A stretch of 64,000 nucleotides of DNA from Planctomycetota bacterium (lineage in GTDB: Bacteria; Planctomycetota; JAJSAM01; JAJVHW01), in contig CBDFJG010000001.1 of assembly GCA_965248445.1 (NCBI GenBank), forward strand, positions 128,001-192,000, in the 5' to 3' direction. A program made the translations under genes and the position numbers. The notes under the pieces were generated by a model. The model was given only the letters and a program-made list of their open reading frames with translations, ran no database searches and was not told where the DNA came from. Positions 1 to 9,258 of the stretch are shown in pieces; position 1 is the stretch's first letter; each line of letters opens with the position of its first letter.

Positions 1-1
1 G

Positions 2-1507
2 TCCCTGGTCTTCAGGACCACGGCCGCACTCGGCCTCGGGCTGCTGCTCGCGACCATCGCCCTGCTGCTGCTGTTCCGGCCGTACCTCCGAACCGAATTC
101 CGCGATGAAGCGCGGGCGCTGCTGGACGACCAGGCCTTGCGCACGCGCGCGCTGGCGCGCAAGTCCGCCGAGGACACGCAGCAACTGGTGAGCGAGACCG
201 CAAGGCATGCCCATCGATCGGCGCGCGACGTCGTCGCCGACGCTCCGCTGGAGGTCCTCGCCGGACGGCCGGACGAGGTCAGGAAGCTGCTGGACGAACA
301 ACTCGCGACGATCGAGGGACAGTCGGAGCAGACCGTGAGCGTGCTCTCCGGCGAGATCCGCTCGCGCACCGAGAGCTGGGTGCGCGCGGACGAGGAGCGG
401 GTTGCGGAGCGCGCGGAACAGCGTGCGGACGACTTCGGCAACTCCGTCGCGCGGAGGGCGGCCGCGCTGCTCATCGCGCTGCTTGCGGCGCTGTTCCTCG
501 TGCACGGCGCGATCCTGCTGCGCACCGTCATCGCGCCGATCGCACGGCTGTCGGCGGCGACCAAGGCTGTCTCGCTGGGAGATCTCGACGTCCGGCTGCC
601 GGCGGTGGGTGACGACGAGGTGGCGCGGCTCGCCGGCTCCTTCAACGCGATGACCGGCAGCCTGCAAGAGGCGCGCGCGGACCTCGAGACCGCCAACGCG
701 GGCCTCGAACACCGTGTGCGGGAGAAGACGACGGAGTTGCGCGATGCACTGGCACAGAGTCACGAGGCGAACGAGCGGCTCCAGCAGGCGCTCGAGGACC
801 TCGCCGCGAAGGACGTCGAGTTGCGCCGGGCGGATCGCATGGCGTCTCTCGGCACTCTGGCCGGCGGCGTCGCGCACGAGTTCGGCAACCTGCTCGGCGG
901 AATACTCGGCTGCGCCGAGGATGCGCAGGACGAGGAGGACGCGCAGGACCTGCGCGAGACCCTCGCCATGATCGAGCGGACTGCGCGCCGCGGCACCGCG
1001 ATCACCAGCAATTTGCTGCGATTCGCCCGGCCCGGATCGGGCCAGCGCGAGTTGCTCGACGCGAAGTCCGTCCTCGACGACGTGACGACGCTCATCGCGC
1101 CCGAAGCCGCCCGCCGTGGCGTCACCGTGCGGGCGCGCTGCGACGAGGGACTCACGATGCGCGGCGATCCGTCAGGGTTGCACCAGGTTCTGCTCAACCT
1201 GGCGACGAACGCATTGCACGCGGCAGACGATGGTCGCGGACGACTGGACCTCTTGGCGGAGGGTGCCGGCGGCGACGTCGTGCTGATCGTCCGGGACGAC
1301 GGTCCGGGTATGACGCCCGAGACGAGGGAGCGGCTGTTCGAGCCGTTCTTCACGACGCGCGGGCCGGAAGGCACGGGACTCGGCCTGTCGGTCAGCTACG
1401 GAATCGTCCAGGCGCACGGCGGGAGGATCGACGTGCGCAGCGAGCCGGGCGAGGGCGCGGAGTTCCGTGTCGTGCTCCCCGCATCGCGCGAAGGAGAAGA
1501 AGCATGA
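2..1507 (+). CDS. Membrane sensor histidine kinase (TM-periplasmic-TM-HAMP-HisKA-HATPase_c), 5'-truncated by the window edge
   Basis: Frame is open from base 2 (SLVFRTTAALGLGLLLATIALLLLF = first TM helix). HAMP (PIARLSAATKAVSLGDL...GDDEVARLAGSFNAM), H-box LAGGVAHEFGNLL, N-box QVLLNLATNA, DDGPGM, LFEPFFTT, GTGLGLSVS. Confidence 0.95.
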   Translation, partial: SLVFRTTAALGLGLLLATIALLLLFRPYLRTEFRDEARALLDDQALRTRALARKSAEDTQQLVSETARHAHRSARDVVADAPLEVLAGRPDEVRKLLDEQLATIEGQSEQTVSVLSGEIRSRTESWVRADEERVAERAEQRADDFGNSVARRAAALLIALLAALFLVHGAILLRTVIAPIARLSAATKAVSLGDLDVRLPAVGDDEVARLAGSFNAMTGSLQEARADLETANAGLEHRVREKTTELRDALAQSHEANERLQQALEDLAAKDVELRRADRMASLGTLAGGVAHEFGNLLGGILGCAEDAQDEEDAQDLRETLAMIERTARRGTAITSNLLRFARPGSGQRELLDAKSVLDDVTTLIAPEAARRGVTVRARCDEGLTMRGDPSGLHQVLLNLATNALHAADDGRGRLDLLAEGAGGDVVLIVRDDGPGMTPETRERLFEPFFTTRGPEGTGLGLSVSYGIVQAHGGRIDVRSEPGEGAEFRVVLPASREGEEA

Positions 1508-2265
1508 ATGAGACGAAGGCCATCGTCCTGGTGGTGGACGACGAGGAGAGCATGCGCTACTTCCTCCGCAAGACCCTGCGACGGGAGGGCTACGAAGTGA
1601 TCGAGGCCGCCGACGGCCCCAGCGCGCTGTCCGCCGCTGCGTCGGGGGCCCCCGACGTGGCGCTGCTCGACGTGCGGATGCCCGGAATGGACGGCGTGGC
1701 GCTGATGCGTGCGCTCCGCACCACACACCCCCATCTGCCGGTCGTGCTGATGACCGCGTACGGCTCCGTCGAGAACGCGCTCGCAGCGATGAAGCACGGC
1801 GCGACGGACTACGTCACGAAGCCGTTCCGAGTCGACGAGATCCGCACGACCGTCGCGAAGGCCCTTGCGGAGCGGGCCGCGCTGCCCCGCCCGCCGACAC
1901 TTCGCGACGTGCACGCCGCAGGGGAGCCGGCGGCGCCCGCAGCGGCGGAGAGCGATGCGCCGGACCCCCGCCGCGAGCATGTGCCGGCGCGCAACATCGC
2001 AGCGTTCCTGCGCGAGCGATGCCGGGAACGCAGCTTGCCGCTGACGACGGAGACGGCCTCCGGCGATCTCGGCCTGCGCGACCTCACCCGCCTCGCCGAG
2101 ACCGTCTACGTGGACGAGTTGCTGCGCTTGACCGTCGGCAACGTCAGCCGCGCGGCGGAGATCGCGGGGATCACCCGCCCCAACATGCACCGCAAGATCG
2201 TCGACCTCGGTCTGGCCGCAGACGCTTACCGGCGCGCGAACGGCGCGCGGGGAGGGACATCGTGA
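1504..2265 (+). CDS. Response regulator, REC + Fis-type HTH (no AAA+ domain)
   Basis: VLVVDDE, LLDVRMPGMDG, MTAYG, YVTKPF; C-terminal GNVSRAAEIAGITRPNMHRKI. ATGA overlap with the kinase. Confidence 0.92.
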   Translation: MNETKAIVLVVDDEESMRYFLRKTLRREGYEVIEAADGPSALSAAASGAPDVALLDVRMPGMDGVALMRALRTTHPHLPVVLMTAYGSVENALAAMKHGATDYVTKPFRVDEIRTTVAKALAERAALPRPPTLRDVHAAGEPAAPAAAESDAPDPRREHVPARNIAAFLRERCRERSLPLTTETASGDLGLRDLTRLAETVYVDELLRLTVGNVSRAAEIAGITRPNMHRKIVDLGLAADAYRRANGARGGTS

Positions 2266-3287
2266 AGCCGAAGCTGTTCGTGGGTGCTCTCGTACTGATG
2301 CTCGCCGCGTTCGTCGCGGCTGCGTTCCTGTGGCCGAAGCAGGAGGGAGTCACTCTGTACTGCGCGGTGGACGACGTGCACGCCAGGCCCATTCTCGATG
2401 CGTTCGAGCAGGAGACGGGCATCCACGTCCATCGCAACTTCGACACCGAGGCGAGCAAGACGGTCGGCCTCGTGGCGAAGTTGCGCGAGGAGAGAGGCAG
2501 TCCGCGCGCGGACGTCTTCTGGAACAACGAGATCCTGCACACGCTTCGCCTGTCCAAGGAGGGCGTCATCACGGCGTACGACTCGCCGTCGGCCGCCGAC
2601 ATTCCCGACGCGTTCCGCGACCCGGCGCACCGCTGGAACGGAATCGGTGCCCGCGCTAGGATCCTCATCGTCAACACCGAATTGGTCGGTCCCGACGAAC
2701 GGCCCACGTCGATGCACGACCTCGCCGATCCGAAGTGGAAGGGCCGGACGTCCTTCGTGCGACCGCTGACCGGCACGACTCTCACGCATGCGTCGGTGCT
2801 CTACACGGTCATGGGCGACGACGCCGCGCGGGCCTGGTTCAAGGGACTGCACGACAATGGCTGCCTGTTCCCGAGCGGCAACGGCCCGCTGGCCCGCAGC
2901 GTCGCCACGAGTCAGTCCGCGTTCGGGTTCACCGACACGGACGACTTCGAGAAGGTCCGGGCGGACGGCAAGCCTGTCGCGCGCGTGTTCCCCGACCAAG
3001 GGGACGGCGGGATCGGCACGCTGCTCATCCCCAACACTGTCGCGCTCGTCGCGGGCGGCCCCCGTCCCGACCTGGGCCGAGAGCTGATCGACTTCCTGCT
3101 GTCGAAAAAGGTCGAGGCGATGCTCGCCGCCGGCGACAGCCGCCAGATTCCCGTCCGCGGCGACGTCACCCGCCCGCCGGACGTCGTGGGACCACCTGAG
3201 TACCGCGTCATGGAAGTGGACTGGAACGACGTGGTGGAGAACTTCGACAAGCGGTTGACGGAGTTGGAAGCGCTCTGGCGGGACTAG
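2262..3287 (+). CDS. Extracellular solute-binding protein, AfuA/FutA (Fe3+/phosphorylated solute) family
   Basis: GTG at 2262 overlaps the regulator stop, with GGAGG upstream. N-terminal hydrophobic anchor; motifs PRADVFWNNE, ARILIVNT, DLADPKWKG, FTDTDD, IPNTVALV. Confidence 0.88.
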   Translation: MKPKLFVGALVLMLAAFVAAAFLWPKQEGVTLYCAVDDVHARPILDAFEQETGIHVHRNFDTEASKTVGLVAKLREERGSPRADVFWNNEILHTLRLSKEGVITAYDSPSAADIPDAFRDPAHRWNGIGARARILIVNTELVGPDERPTSMHDLADPKWKGRTSFVRPLTGTTLTHASVLYTVMGDDAARAWFKGLHDNGCLFPSGNGPLARSVATSQSAFGFTDTDDFEKVRADGKPVARVFPDQGDGGIGTLLIPNTVALVAGGPRPDLGRELIDFLLSKKVEAMLAAGDSRQIPVRGDVTRPPDVVGPPEYRVMEVDWNDVVENFDKRLTELEALWRD

Positions 3288-3511
3288 GAACTCATGTAGG
3301 GGCGGGCGGGAAGAGGAGGGGCGCCGCAACACCGACGGGGCGCGCACACCCGCGAGCGAGGAGCGGCGCGTGAGTCGCGAAGCGACTCGCGTGCCGCCCC
3401 GCAGCGAGCCTCCTCCGTAGCGGCCGGAGGGCCGCGTAGGAGGGCATGATGCGCGCAAGGAGCGGCGCGGCGGTTGCGCAGCAAGCGTCGTGAAGCGACG
3501 CAGCAAGCCCG
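3288..3511. repeat. Multi-hairpin intergenic element (REP/MITE-like or structured ncRNA)
   Basis: 16-bp stem GCGGCGCGTGAGTCGC-GAA-GCGACTCGCGTGCCGC (3363-3397, with G-U pairs). Further hairpins GCGGCC-GGAG-GGCCGC and GCGTCG-TGAAG-CGACGC. Direct repeat AGGAGCGGCGCG at 3359 and 3458. Confidence 0.5.
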
Positions 3512-4312
3512 TCAGAACTCGAAATCCAGGTCGTTGCGGAAGTAGTCGGCGGTGTGCATCGCGCTCTCGCGCGCGTTCGTCTGCGGGACGTCGGACACGC
3601 CGATCGCCCACCCGGAGAACCCGGTCATCCGCATCGTGTCGGCAACGGCCTTCAGATCCAGCGTGCCACGGCCGGGGTCCGCGTACGGATCCAACTCCGA
3701 CCGCGGATCCGCCGGGTCGCGAACGTCGCGCAGGTGCACGACACCGATGCGCGCCTTGTGCTGGAGGAGGAAGAACGTCGGGTCCGCACCCATCTTGTCG
3801 AAGCGTGCCGTGTCGACCGAGACTCCGACGTTCGCGGGGTCCGTGTTCCCGATCAACTCGGAGATCGCGTTCAGACCGGCGAACGGACTCCCGAGATCCG
3901 GCTCGTAGAGGAACGAGACTCCTGTCTCCGCTGCGATCTCGCCGATGGCATTCAGCAGCTCGGAGGCGTGTCCCATGTCTGCGACGGGGTCCCCGCTCGG
4001 CTCGCCGCCGTAATAGATCGCGTAGTCGCCGCCGGCCTTCTTCGTCCACTCGAGCAGAACGCGCCAAGCCAAGATCTCGGACGCATGGAAGTCGGGGCTG
4101 GTGAGTGTGCCGCCGGCGTGGACGCCGGCAAGCTGGACCCCGGCGATCTCGGAGAAGACAACGAACTCCTCCGGCTTGTCGGCTAGCACGTGCGACACGT
4201 CGGAGTACGCCTCGATGCCCTGGAATCCGGCCCTCGAGGCCTCGTGCAACGCCAGCAGGACGTGGTCGCTGCCCCAGGCGCTCGCATGGAATCCGCAACG
4301 TGCATTCGCCAC
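3512..4312 (-). CDS. Sugar phosphate isomerase/epimerase (xylose isomerase-like TIM barrel, IolE-like)
   Basis: AGFQGIE, FLYEPD, VSVDTAR, VVHLRD, PGRGTLD, GFSGW; GTG start inferred at 4312. Confidence 0.8.
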   Translation of the reverse strand: MANARCGFHASAWGSDHVLLALHEASRAGFQGIEAYSDVSHVLADKPEEFVVFSEIAGVQLAGVHAGGTLTSPDFHASEILAWRVLLEWTKKAGGDYAIYYGGEPSGDPVADMGHASELLNAIGEIAAETGVSFLYEPDLGSPFAGLNAISELIGNTDPANVGVSVDTARFDKMGADPTFFLLQHKARIGVVHLRDVRDPADPRSELDPYADPGRGTLDLKAVADTMRMTGFSGWAIGVSDVPQTNARESAMHTADYFRNDLDFEF

Positions 4313-4429
4313 TGTGGGAGGTCCCCTCGGCTGTTCTCGCCCGCCACTCTCGCTGCGACCCGGCTGAAACACGCTGCCCGGGACCGCTACAAGAGACTTC
4401 GGCCACCTCGTGGTAGCCCTACAGCCGCG

Positions 4430-5245
4430 CTAGTCGAACTTCTTCTCGTTCGCCTTCAGCCAGGCCTTCCACTCGCGGTGCGTGCGGTACTCCTTGTCCG
4501 TGATCTCCTTGAGCGCCCAGCGGACCCAGCCCTCGCTAACCTGCCACAGCTTGTAGCGGGCCTCCCAGTAGCTGGGGGGGGGGTTCGATCCGCTGTTGAC
4601 GTTCGCCGGGATCGGTTCCTCGACCATGAACACGAAGCGCGGCACCGCCTTCTCCCACTTGTTGGTACCGAGATACAGCACGGCCGACTGCACGAACGAG
4701 TGCGTCCACGCGCCGGGCGCGCCCTTGAGGAAGATCTTGTCGAGCTGATCGAGCACGGCCGCCTCGTGACCCTCGATCGCCAGCACCGCGAAGTAGTGGA
4801 CGCACGCGACCATCACGGTGCGCGAGTTCGCCGGGTTCTCGTCGTCCTTCTTCTTCTTCTTCTTCTTCTTGACCTTCTTCTTCTTCATCGACGAGTAGAG
4901 CTTGCTGATCGTCTTCTCTTCGTCAGCGAGTTCGTGCGACGCAGCAGCGTGCACGGCCTGGGCCAGCACGCCCGCGTCCTTCGACTTGAGGCCCTCCTTG
5001 ATCCAGGGGACGAAGTCCTCGTGGTGCCGCTCGCGCATCGAGTAGAGCGCGTTCATCATCAGCTCGGTGTCCTTGTCGGCTTTCGCCTTCTCGACCGCCG
5101 CCATGATCTTGTCGTGCTCTTCGTCCGTCGCCGGGATCACGGCGGGGACTTCCGGCTTGGACGGTTCCACACCTCCTCGCGCCGGCGGCGCGAGCGCCAC
5201 GAGGGCTAGGAGGACCATCGCCAGAGGTCGGATTGCGATGCGCAT
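4430..5245 (-). CDS. Secreted helical-repeat (HEAT-like) hypothetical protein with poly-Lys tract
   Basis: Signal peptide MRIAIRPLAMVLLALVALAPPARG; KKKKVKKKKKKKK; C-terminal ALKEITDKEYRTHREWKAWL. Confidence 0.7.
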   Translation of the reverse strand: MRIAIRPLAMVLLALVALAPPARGGVEPSKPEVPAVIPATDEEHDKIMAAVEKAKADKDTELMMNALYSMRERHHEDFVPWIKEGLKSKDAGVLAQAVHAAASHELADEEKTISKLYSSMKKKKVKKKKKKKKDDENPANSRTVMVACVHYFAVLAIEGHEAAVLDQLDKIFLKGAPGAWTHSFVQSAVLYLGTNKWEKAVPRFVFMVEEPIPANVNSGSNPPPSYWEARYKLWQVSEGWVRWALKEITDKEYRTHREWKAWLKANEKKFD

Positions 5246-5322
5246 GACGCGCCTAGTCTATCCGCCCGCACCGCGTCAGATCACGCCTCGCGGGCCTGGC
5301 GACGCCGCCCGCGACGGAGACA

Positions 5323-6072
5323 TCAGCTTCTGAGCTTGGCGGTCCGTCGCTGGCGGATCTCGGCGGCGACCCTGCGGCCACGGAGCCAGATGATCGCCAC
5401 GAGGGCGGCCACGACCGCGGCGCCGGCCGCCTGGAACTCCCACGAGCGCGCGAGATCCTCGGTGAGCACGCCCTTCAAGCGGTCCGCGAAGTAGGCCATC
5501 CCATAGGCCCCGACCGCGGCACCGAACGCGATCGCCGCGAGCGTGCGCAGAGCCGGCAGACCGAGAAGGCGCCCAAAGATGGAGCCGCCGATGGCTCCGG
5601 TACCAGTGAGAGGGAACATCACGAACATCACGACGCCGAGGAAGGTCACGCGGCCCAGCCAACGGCGCCGTTGCAGCATGTAGAGGCCGTGCTCCGCGAG
5701 TTCCTCGACCAGCGGCCCCACCCGCTTCAGGCGATAGACACGCGGGAGGTTCAGGACCAGGAGCGTGGCGATCGTGACGTCCATGTAGACCACGATCGTG
5801 GCGAGTTCGTAGGGGCTGAAGGGGCTGTCGCCGCCGATCCCGAAGAGCACAGCGAACTTGCCGGCGATGAAGAAGATGAGCACCGCCGTGACGACGAGCT
5901 GGCTCGCCAGCGCAACGCCGCCCATCACGGCAGCCACCACCAGGATGGCCACCGTCACGGCGACCGGCCCCCAGAACGTGATGGCACGCAGGCGCTGGCC
6001 GTCGGCGCCGGCTGTCCGCTGTTCCTCCTCCTCGAGGAGTGTGCGGATGTCAGGCGGGTCGTTGGTCACCAT
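5323..6072 (-). CDS. Small multidrug export-like membrane protein (COG2426-like)
   Basis: Multiple TM helices; FVMFPLTGTGAIGGSIFGRLLG matches the family PLPxTGAWTG-type motif. Confidence 0.75.
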   Translation of the reverse strand: MVTNDPPDIRTLLEEEEQRTAGADGQRLRAITFWGPVAVTVAILVVAAVMGGVALASQLVVTAVLIFFIAGKFAVLFGIGGDSPFSPYELATIVVYMDVTIATLLVLNLPRVYRLKRVGPLVEELAEHGLYMLQRRRWLGRVTFLGVVMFVMFPLTGTGAIGGSIFGRLLGLPALRTLAAIAFGAAVGAYGMAYFADRLKGVLTEDLARSWEFQAAGAAVVAALVAIIWLRGRRVAAEIRQRRTAKLRS

Positions 6073-6202
6073 TGTGGACGTGCGCGAGGGCCGGGCATTC
6101 TGCCGGAACCGATGGAGGCGCCGAGATTCTCCCGCCGCGTCTGCCTCCGCACACGCGCACCGGAGCCGAGGCGATGGACCGGCTGCTTGCTACGATCCCG
6201 CG

Positions 6203-6676
6203 ATGCCGCCTCCCCCGCTGGTATCGCGCGACCTCTGGAACCTCGAGAGTCCGATCTTCGGGCCGGAGGAGATCCGCGAGGCGAACCCGCAACGGTTCGA
6301 GATGGAGCAACTGGACGCAATCACGTACCTCGACGTCGACAACGCCGCGTGCGTGGGATGGAAGAGCGTCCGTGACGACGAATTCTGGGTCCGCGGCCAC
6401 ATCCCGGGGCGCCCCTTGATGCCGGGGGTCGTGCAGGTCGAGTGCCTCGCCCAGATCTCGAGCTTCCTGACGAAGAAGACCTACGACGTCCCCGGGTTCT
6501 TCGGCTTCGGCGGCATCGACGGCGTGAAGTTCCGTGCCCAGGTCGAACCGAGCGACCGTCTGGTGCTGATCGCCCGCCGCATCGAGATCCGGAAACGCCG
6601 TGCGCTCTACGACACGCAGGGTTGGGTGGGCAACAAGCTGGCCGTCGAGGGCCGGATCACCGGCGTTCTGCTCTAG
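6203..6676 (+). CDS. fabZ: 3-hydroxyacyl-ACP dehydratase (FabA/FabZ hot-dog fold)
   Basis: NPQRFEMEQLD, DEFWVRGHIPGRPLMPGVVQVECLAQ, FGGIDGVKFR. Confidence 0.88.
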   Translation: MPPPPLVSRDLWNLESPIFGPEEIREANPQRFEMEQLDAITYLDVDNAACVGWKSVRDDEFWVRGHIPGRPLMPGVVQVECLAQISSFLTKKTYDVPGFFGFGGIDGVKFRAQVEPSDRLVLIARRIEIRKRRALYDTQGWVGNKLAVEGRITGVLL

Positions 6677-7793
6677 CAGCCGCCTCGACGGGCCGATCCG
6701 GCGCGAAGGCCGAGAGGTCGCGCGCCGTGTCCCCGTCCAGCAGTTCGCGCACGATCCGAGCGGTCACCGGCGCCAGCATGATGCCGCTCCGAAAGTGCCC
6801 GGTGGCGACGAGGAGGCCCGGACGAAGCCACCCGAGCACCGGCAGGTGATCCGGGGTGTCGGGCCGCAGACCCGACCACGTGGCTTCGACCGGTGCGTCC
6901 AGGAGCGCCGGCGCAAGACGACCCAGCGCCCGCGTAATCGTCGCAAGTCCCGCCGCAGTGACGCCCCGCTCGAAACCGACGTACTCGACCGTGCTGCCGA
7001 CGAGCACGCGACCGTCCGCACGCGGGACGAGATACGAACCGTCGCTGCCGAGCAGCATGTGCCGCAAGGAGCCCGGCCGCGTCCGCAGGAGCAACATCTG
7101 GCCCCGCGCGGGAATCGTCCGGGCTGCGCGTGGTGCCGCGTCGCCGAGCAGCGCCCCGGACCACGCGCCTGCGGCGACGACAACCGTTCCCGCGTGCACG
7201 TCGCCTGCGGTGGTGCGCGCGCCGACGACCCGCTCGCCGTGCGTCAACAGCGAGAGCGCCGAGGTCTGCTCGTGCACGACCGCGCCGCGGGCGGCCGCCG
7301 CGGTCGCGAGTGCCGGCGCCGCGCGATGGTTGCGCACCTGCCGCAGATCAGGGAACCGCAGCGCCCCGCGCAGCGCCGGCGAGAGCGTCGGCTCGAATGC
7401 ACGCAGGCCCTCCGGCTCCAGGCGATCCACCGCCTCGCCGCGCTCTCGCTTCCACGCAATGCGCCGCTCGGACTCGGACTCGTCCGCGTCGCTCTCGATC
7501 AACGCGAGGAGCCCGGTGGCGCGGAGCTCGAGGTCCACACCAGTCTCGACGCGCAGCCGCTCGGCCAGCGGCCTCCACAATCCGAGGCTCTCTCTGTCGA
7601 GACGCAGCACCACGTCGGAGTAGTTCCATGGGTGGACCGGCGTGAGCAAGCCCGCCGCTGCGCGGGACGCCTCGCCGCCGACGCTGCCCCGTTCGACGAG
7701 CACGACGCTGCGGCCGTCACGCGCAAGGCGTTCGGTGATCGCCCCGCCGACGATTCCACCGCCGATCACGAGGACGTCCGCTGTCGCGGTCAC
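6657..7793 (-). CDS. thiO: Glycine oxidase ThiO (FAD-dependent D-amino acid oxidase family)
   Basis: VIGGGIVG, EASRAAAGLL, VVAAGAWS, PARGQML, YLVPRADGRVLVGST, WSGLRP, ATGHFRSGIMLAP. Confidence 0.85.
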   Translation of the reverse strand: MTATADVLVIGGGIVGGAITERLARDGRSVVLVERGSVGGEASRAAAGLLTPVHPWNYSDVVLRLDRESLGLWRPLAERLRVETGVDLELRATGLLALIESDADESESERRIAWKRERGEAVDRLEPEGLRAFEPTLSPALRGALRFPDLRQVRNHRAAPALATAAAARGAVVHEQTSALSLLTHGERVVGARTTAGDVHAGTVVVAAGAWSGALLGDAAPRAARTIPARGQMLLLRTRPGSLRHMLLGSDGSYLVPRADGRVLVGSTVEYVGFERGVTAAGLATITRALGRLAPALLDAPVEATWSGLRPDTPDHLPVLGWLRPGLLVATGHFRSGIMLAPVTARIVRELLDGDTARDLSAFAPDRPVEAAARAERR

Positions 7794-7797
7794 TCGC

Positions 7798-9258
7798 TCA
7801 CTCCGTCTTCGACTGCCCCATCGAGTCGCGCGATAGCCGCTGGAGGAACGACCGCTCCGTGCCTTTCGTCGCACCGAACCCGATGGTGTTGATCGCAACC
7901 TTGCGCGTGCGGTTGACGCTGCGCACCGCGTCGCCGACGCGGTTCTTCACGGTGTGGTCGCCGCAACTGGGAGCACCGTCGGAGAGCAGGTACACGGTGT
8001 CGACATCATCCTGTCCGATCGCGAGCAGCAGCCCCTCGAGCAGGTTGCCGCGTTCACCGGGGCTCACGCGCTTCAGGAAGGACGCGATCGCCTTGCGCGA
8101 CTTCTTGCCGATCTCCTGCGGCCGCTCGAACGCGGCCTTCGCCTGCTCCTGGAAGACGACGACGTTCACACGCGTGCCGTCCGCCAGCGCGTCGACGGCC
8201 CGTTCGAGCTCTTCGCGCGCAGACTCCCAGCGGGTCTTCCCGCCCGCCCCGGCAAGCTCATCCTTCATGCTGCCGCTGGCGTCCACCACGAAGACGACCT
8301 GCCCCGAGAGGATCTCCATGCCGTGATACACGGCGCGCGTTCCGCCATCTTCCGAGGGGACGTCACCGCCGGCACGCTTCTTCGGAGTCTCCCACGCCTC
8401 GCGATTCGCGTCCCACCACGCCTTCCAGATGTCCGCATCGCGGCCGAGTTGCTTGCCGGTGATCTCCACGAGTGCGCGGTGTGCAGCCGCGGCGACACGA
8501 AGGCGCGCGTCCCCCACCAGGACGACCAGCGCGTCGAGAGACGGCCCGTCCATCAGCCAGTACGCGTTCTCGACGAGCTGGGCGCGCGTGCGCCAACCCT
8601 CGTCCGCAATCGACGCGGCGAGGTCCTCCGCCGCCCGCGGTTTGTCCACGAAGCGCAGCTCCATGCGCGCGACGGCGCGGACGCCCTCGTCGGCATCGCC
8701 CAGCGCCTTGTGCACGACGGCGACCGCGGCGTCGCCGCGGATCCGCCCGGCGGCCTCGACGGCTGCGGCACGTACCGACTCGTCACGGTCCTCGGCCGCC
8801 TCGGCGCTGATGGCGACGGCGTCCTCGTTGCCGCGGAACCCCCACAGCGCATCGAGGGCAGCGATACGCACGCGCGGTGACTTGTCCTTACGGGCCAGGC
8901 GAGACAGCGTCTCGAGAGCCGCAGGCGACTTGGTCTTGCCGAGAGCCGCCGCGACGTTCGCGCGCAAGAGTTCGTCGCGTCCCTTCGCGGCGGCTGCCAG
9001 GACGCCGACGGCCGCCTCGTCGCTGATCTTGTCACACGCGTTCACGGTGTGATCGCGCACATACGGGTTGTCGTCTGCCAGGAGCTTGCAGAGAATCTTC
9101 GCCGCCGCAGGCGTGCCGTCCTTGGCGAGGGCTCGCGCGGCATCCGAGCGCTTGAACGAATCCGCGTCCTCGGCCAGCTTGCGGAGGTCCGCATCCACGG
9201 CGAAGGCGGTACCCGCAACGGCGACGAGGGCGAGCAGGGTGAGACGGAAGCTACGCAC
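7798..9258 (-). CDS. Secreted HEAT-repeat protein with C-terminal vWA domain
   Basis: Signal peptide; HEAT repeats (DDNPYVRDH, DKSPRVRIAA, DRDESVRAAA); vWA MIDAS FVVDASGSM and YLLSDGAP. Confidence 0.88.
   Translation of the reverse strand: MRSFRLTLLALVAVAGTAFAVDADLRKLAEDADSFKRSDAARALAKDGTPAAAKILCKLLADDNPYVRDHTVNACDKISDEAAVGVLAAAAKGRDELLRANVAAALGKTKSPAALETLSRLARKDKSPRVRIAALDALWGFRGNEDAVAISAEAAEDRDESVRAAAVEAAGRIRGDAAVAVVHKALGDADEGVRAVARMELRFVDKPRAAEDLAASIADEGWRTRAQLVENAYWLMDGPSLDALVVLVGDARLRVAAAAHRALVEITGKQLGRDADIWKAWWDANREAWETPKKRAGGDVPSEDGGTRAVYHGMEILSGQVVFVVDASGSMKDELAGAGGKTRWESAREELERAVDALADGTRVNVVVFQEQAKAAFERPQEIGKKSRKAIASFLKRVSPGERGNLLEGLLLAIGQDDVDTVYLLSDGAPSCGDHTVKNRVGDAVRSVNRTRKVAINTIGFGATKGTERSFLQRLSRDSMGQSKTE

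Noticed and set aside
2226..4406. Long antisense or alternate-frame ORFs (e.g. 2226-4406, 15752-17716, 26328-28535, 34836-36590, 49679-51961)
   Set aside because: Arg/Ala/Pro-rich shadows of real genes, expected at high GC; no motifs.
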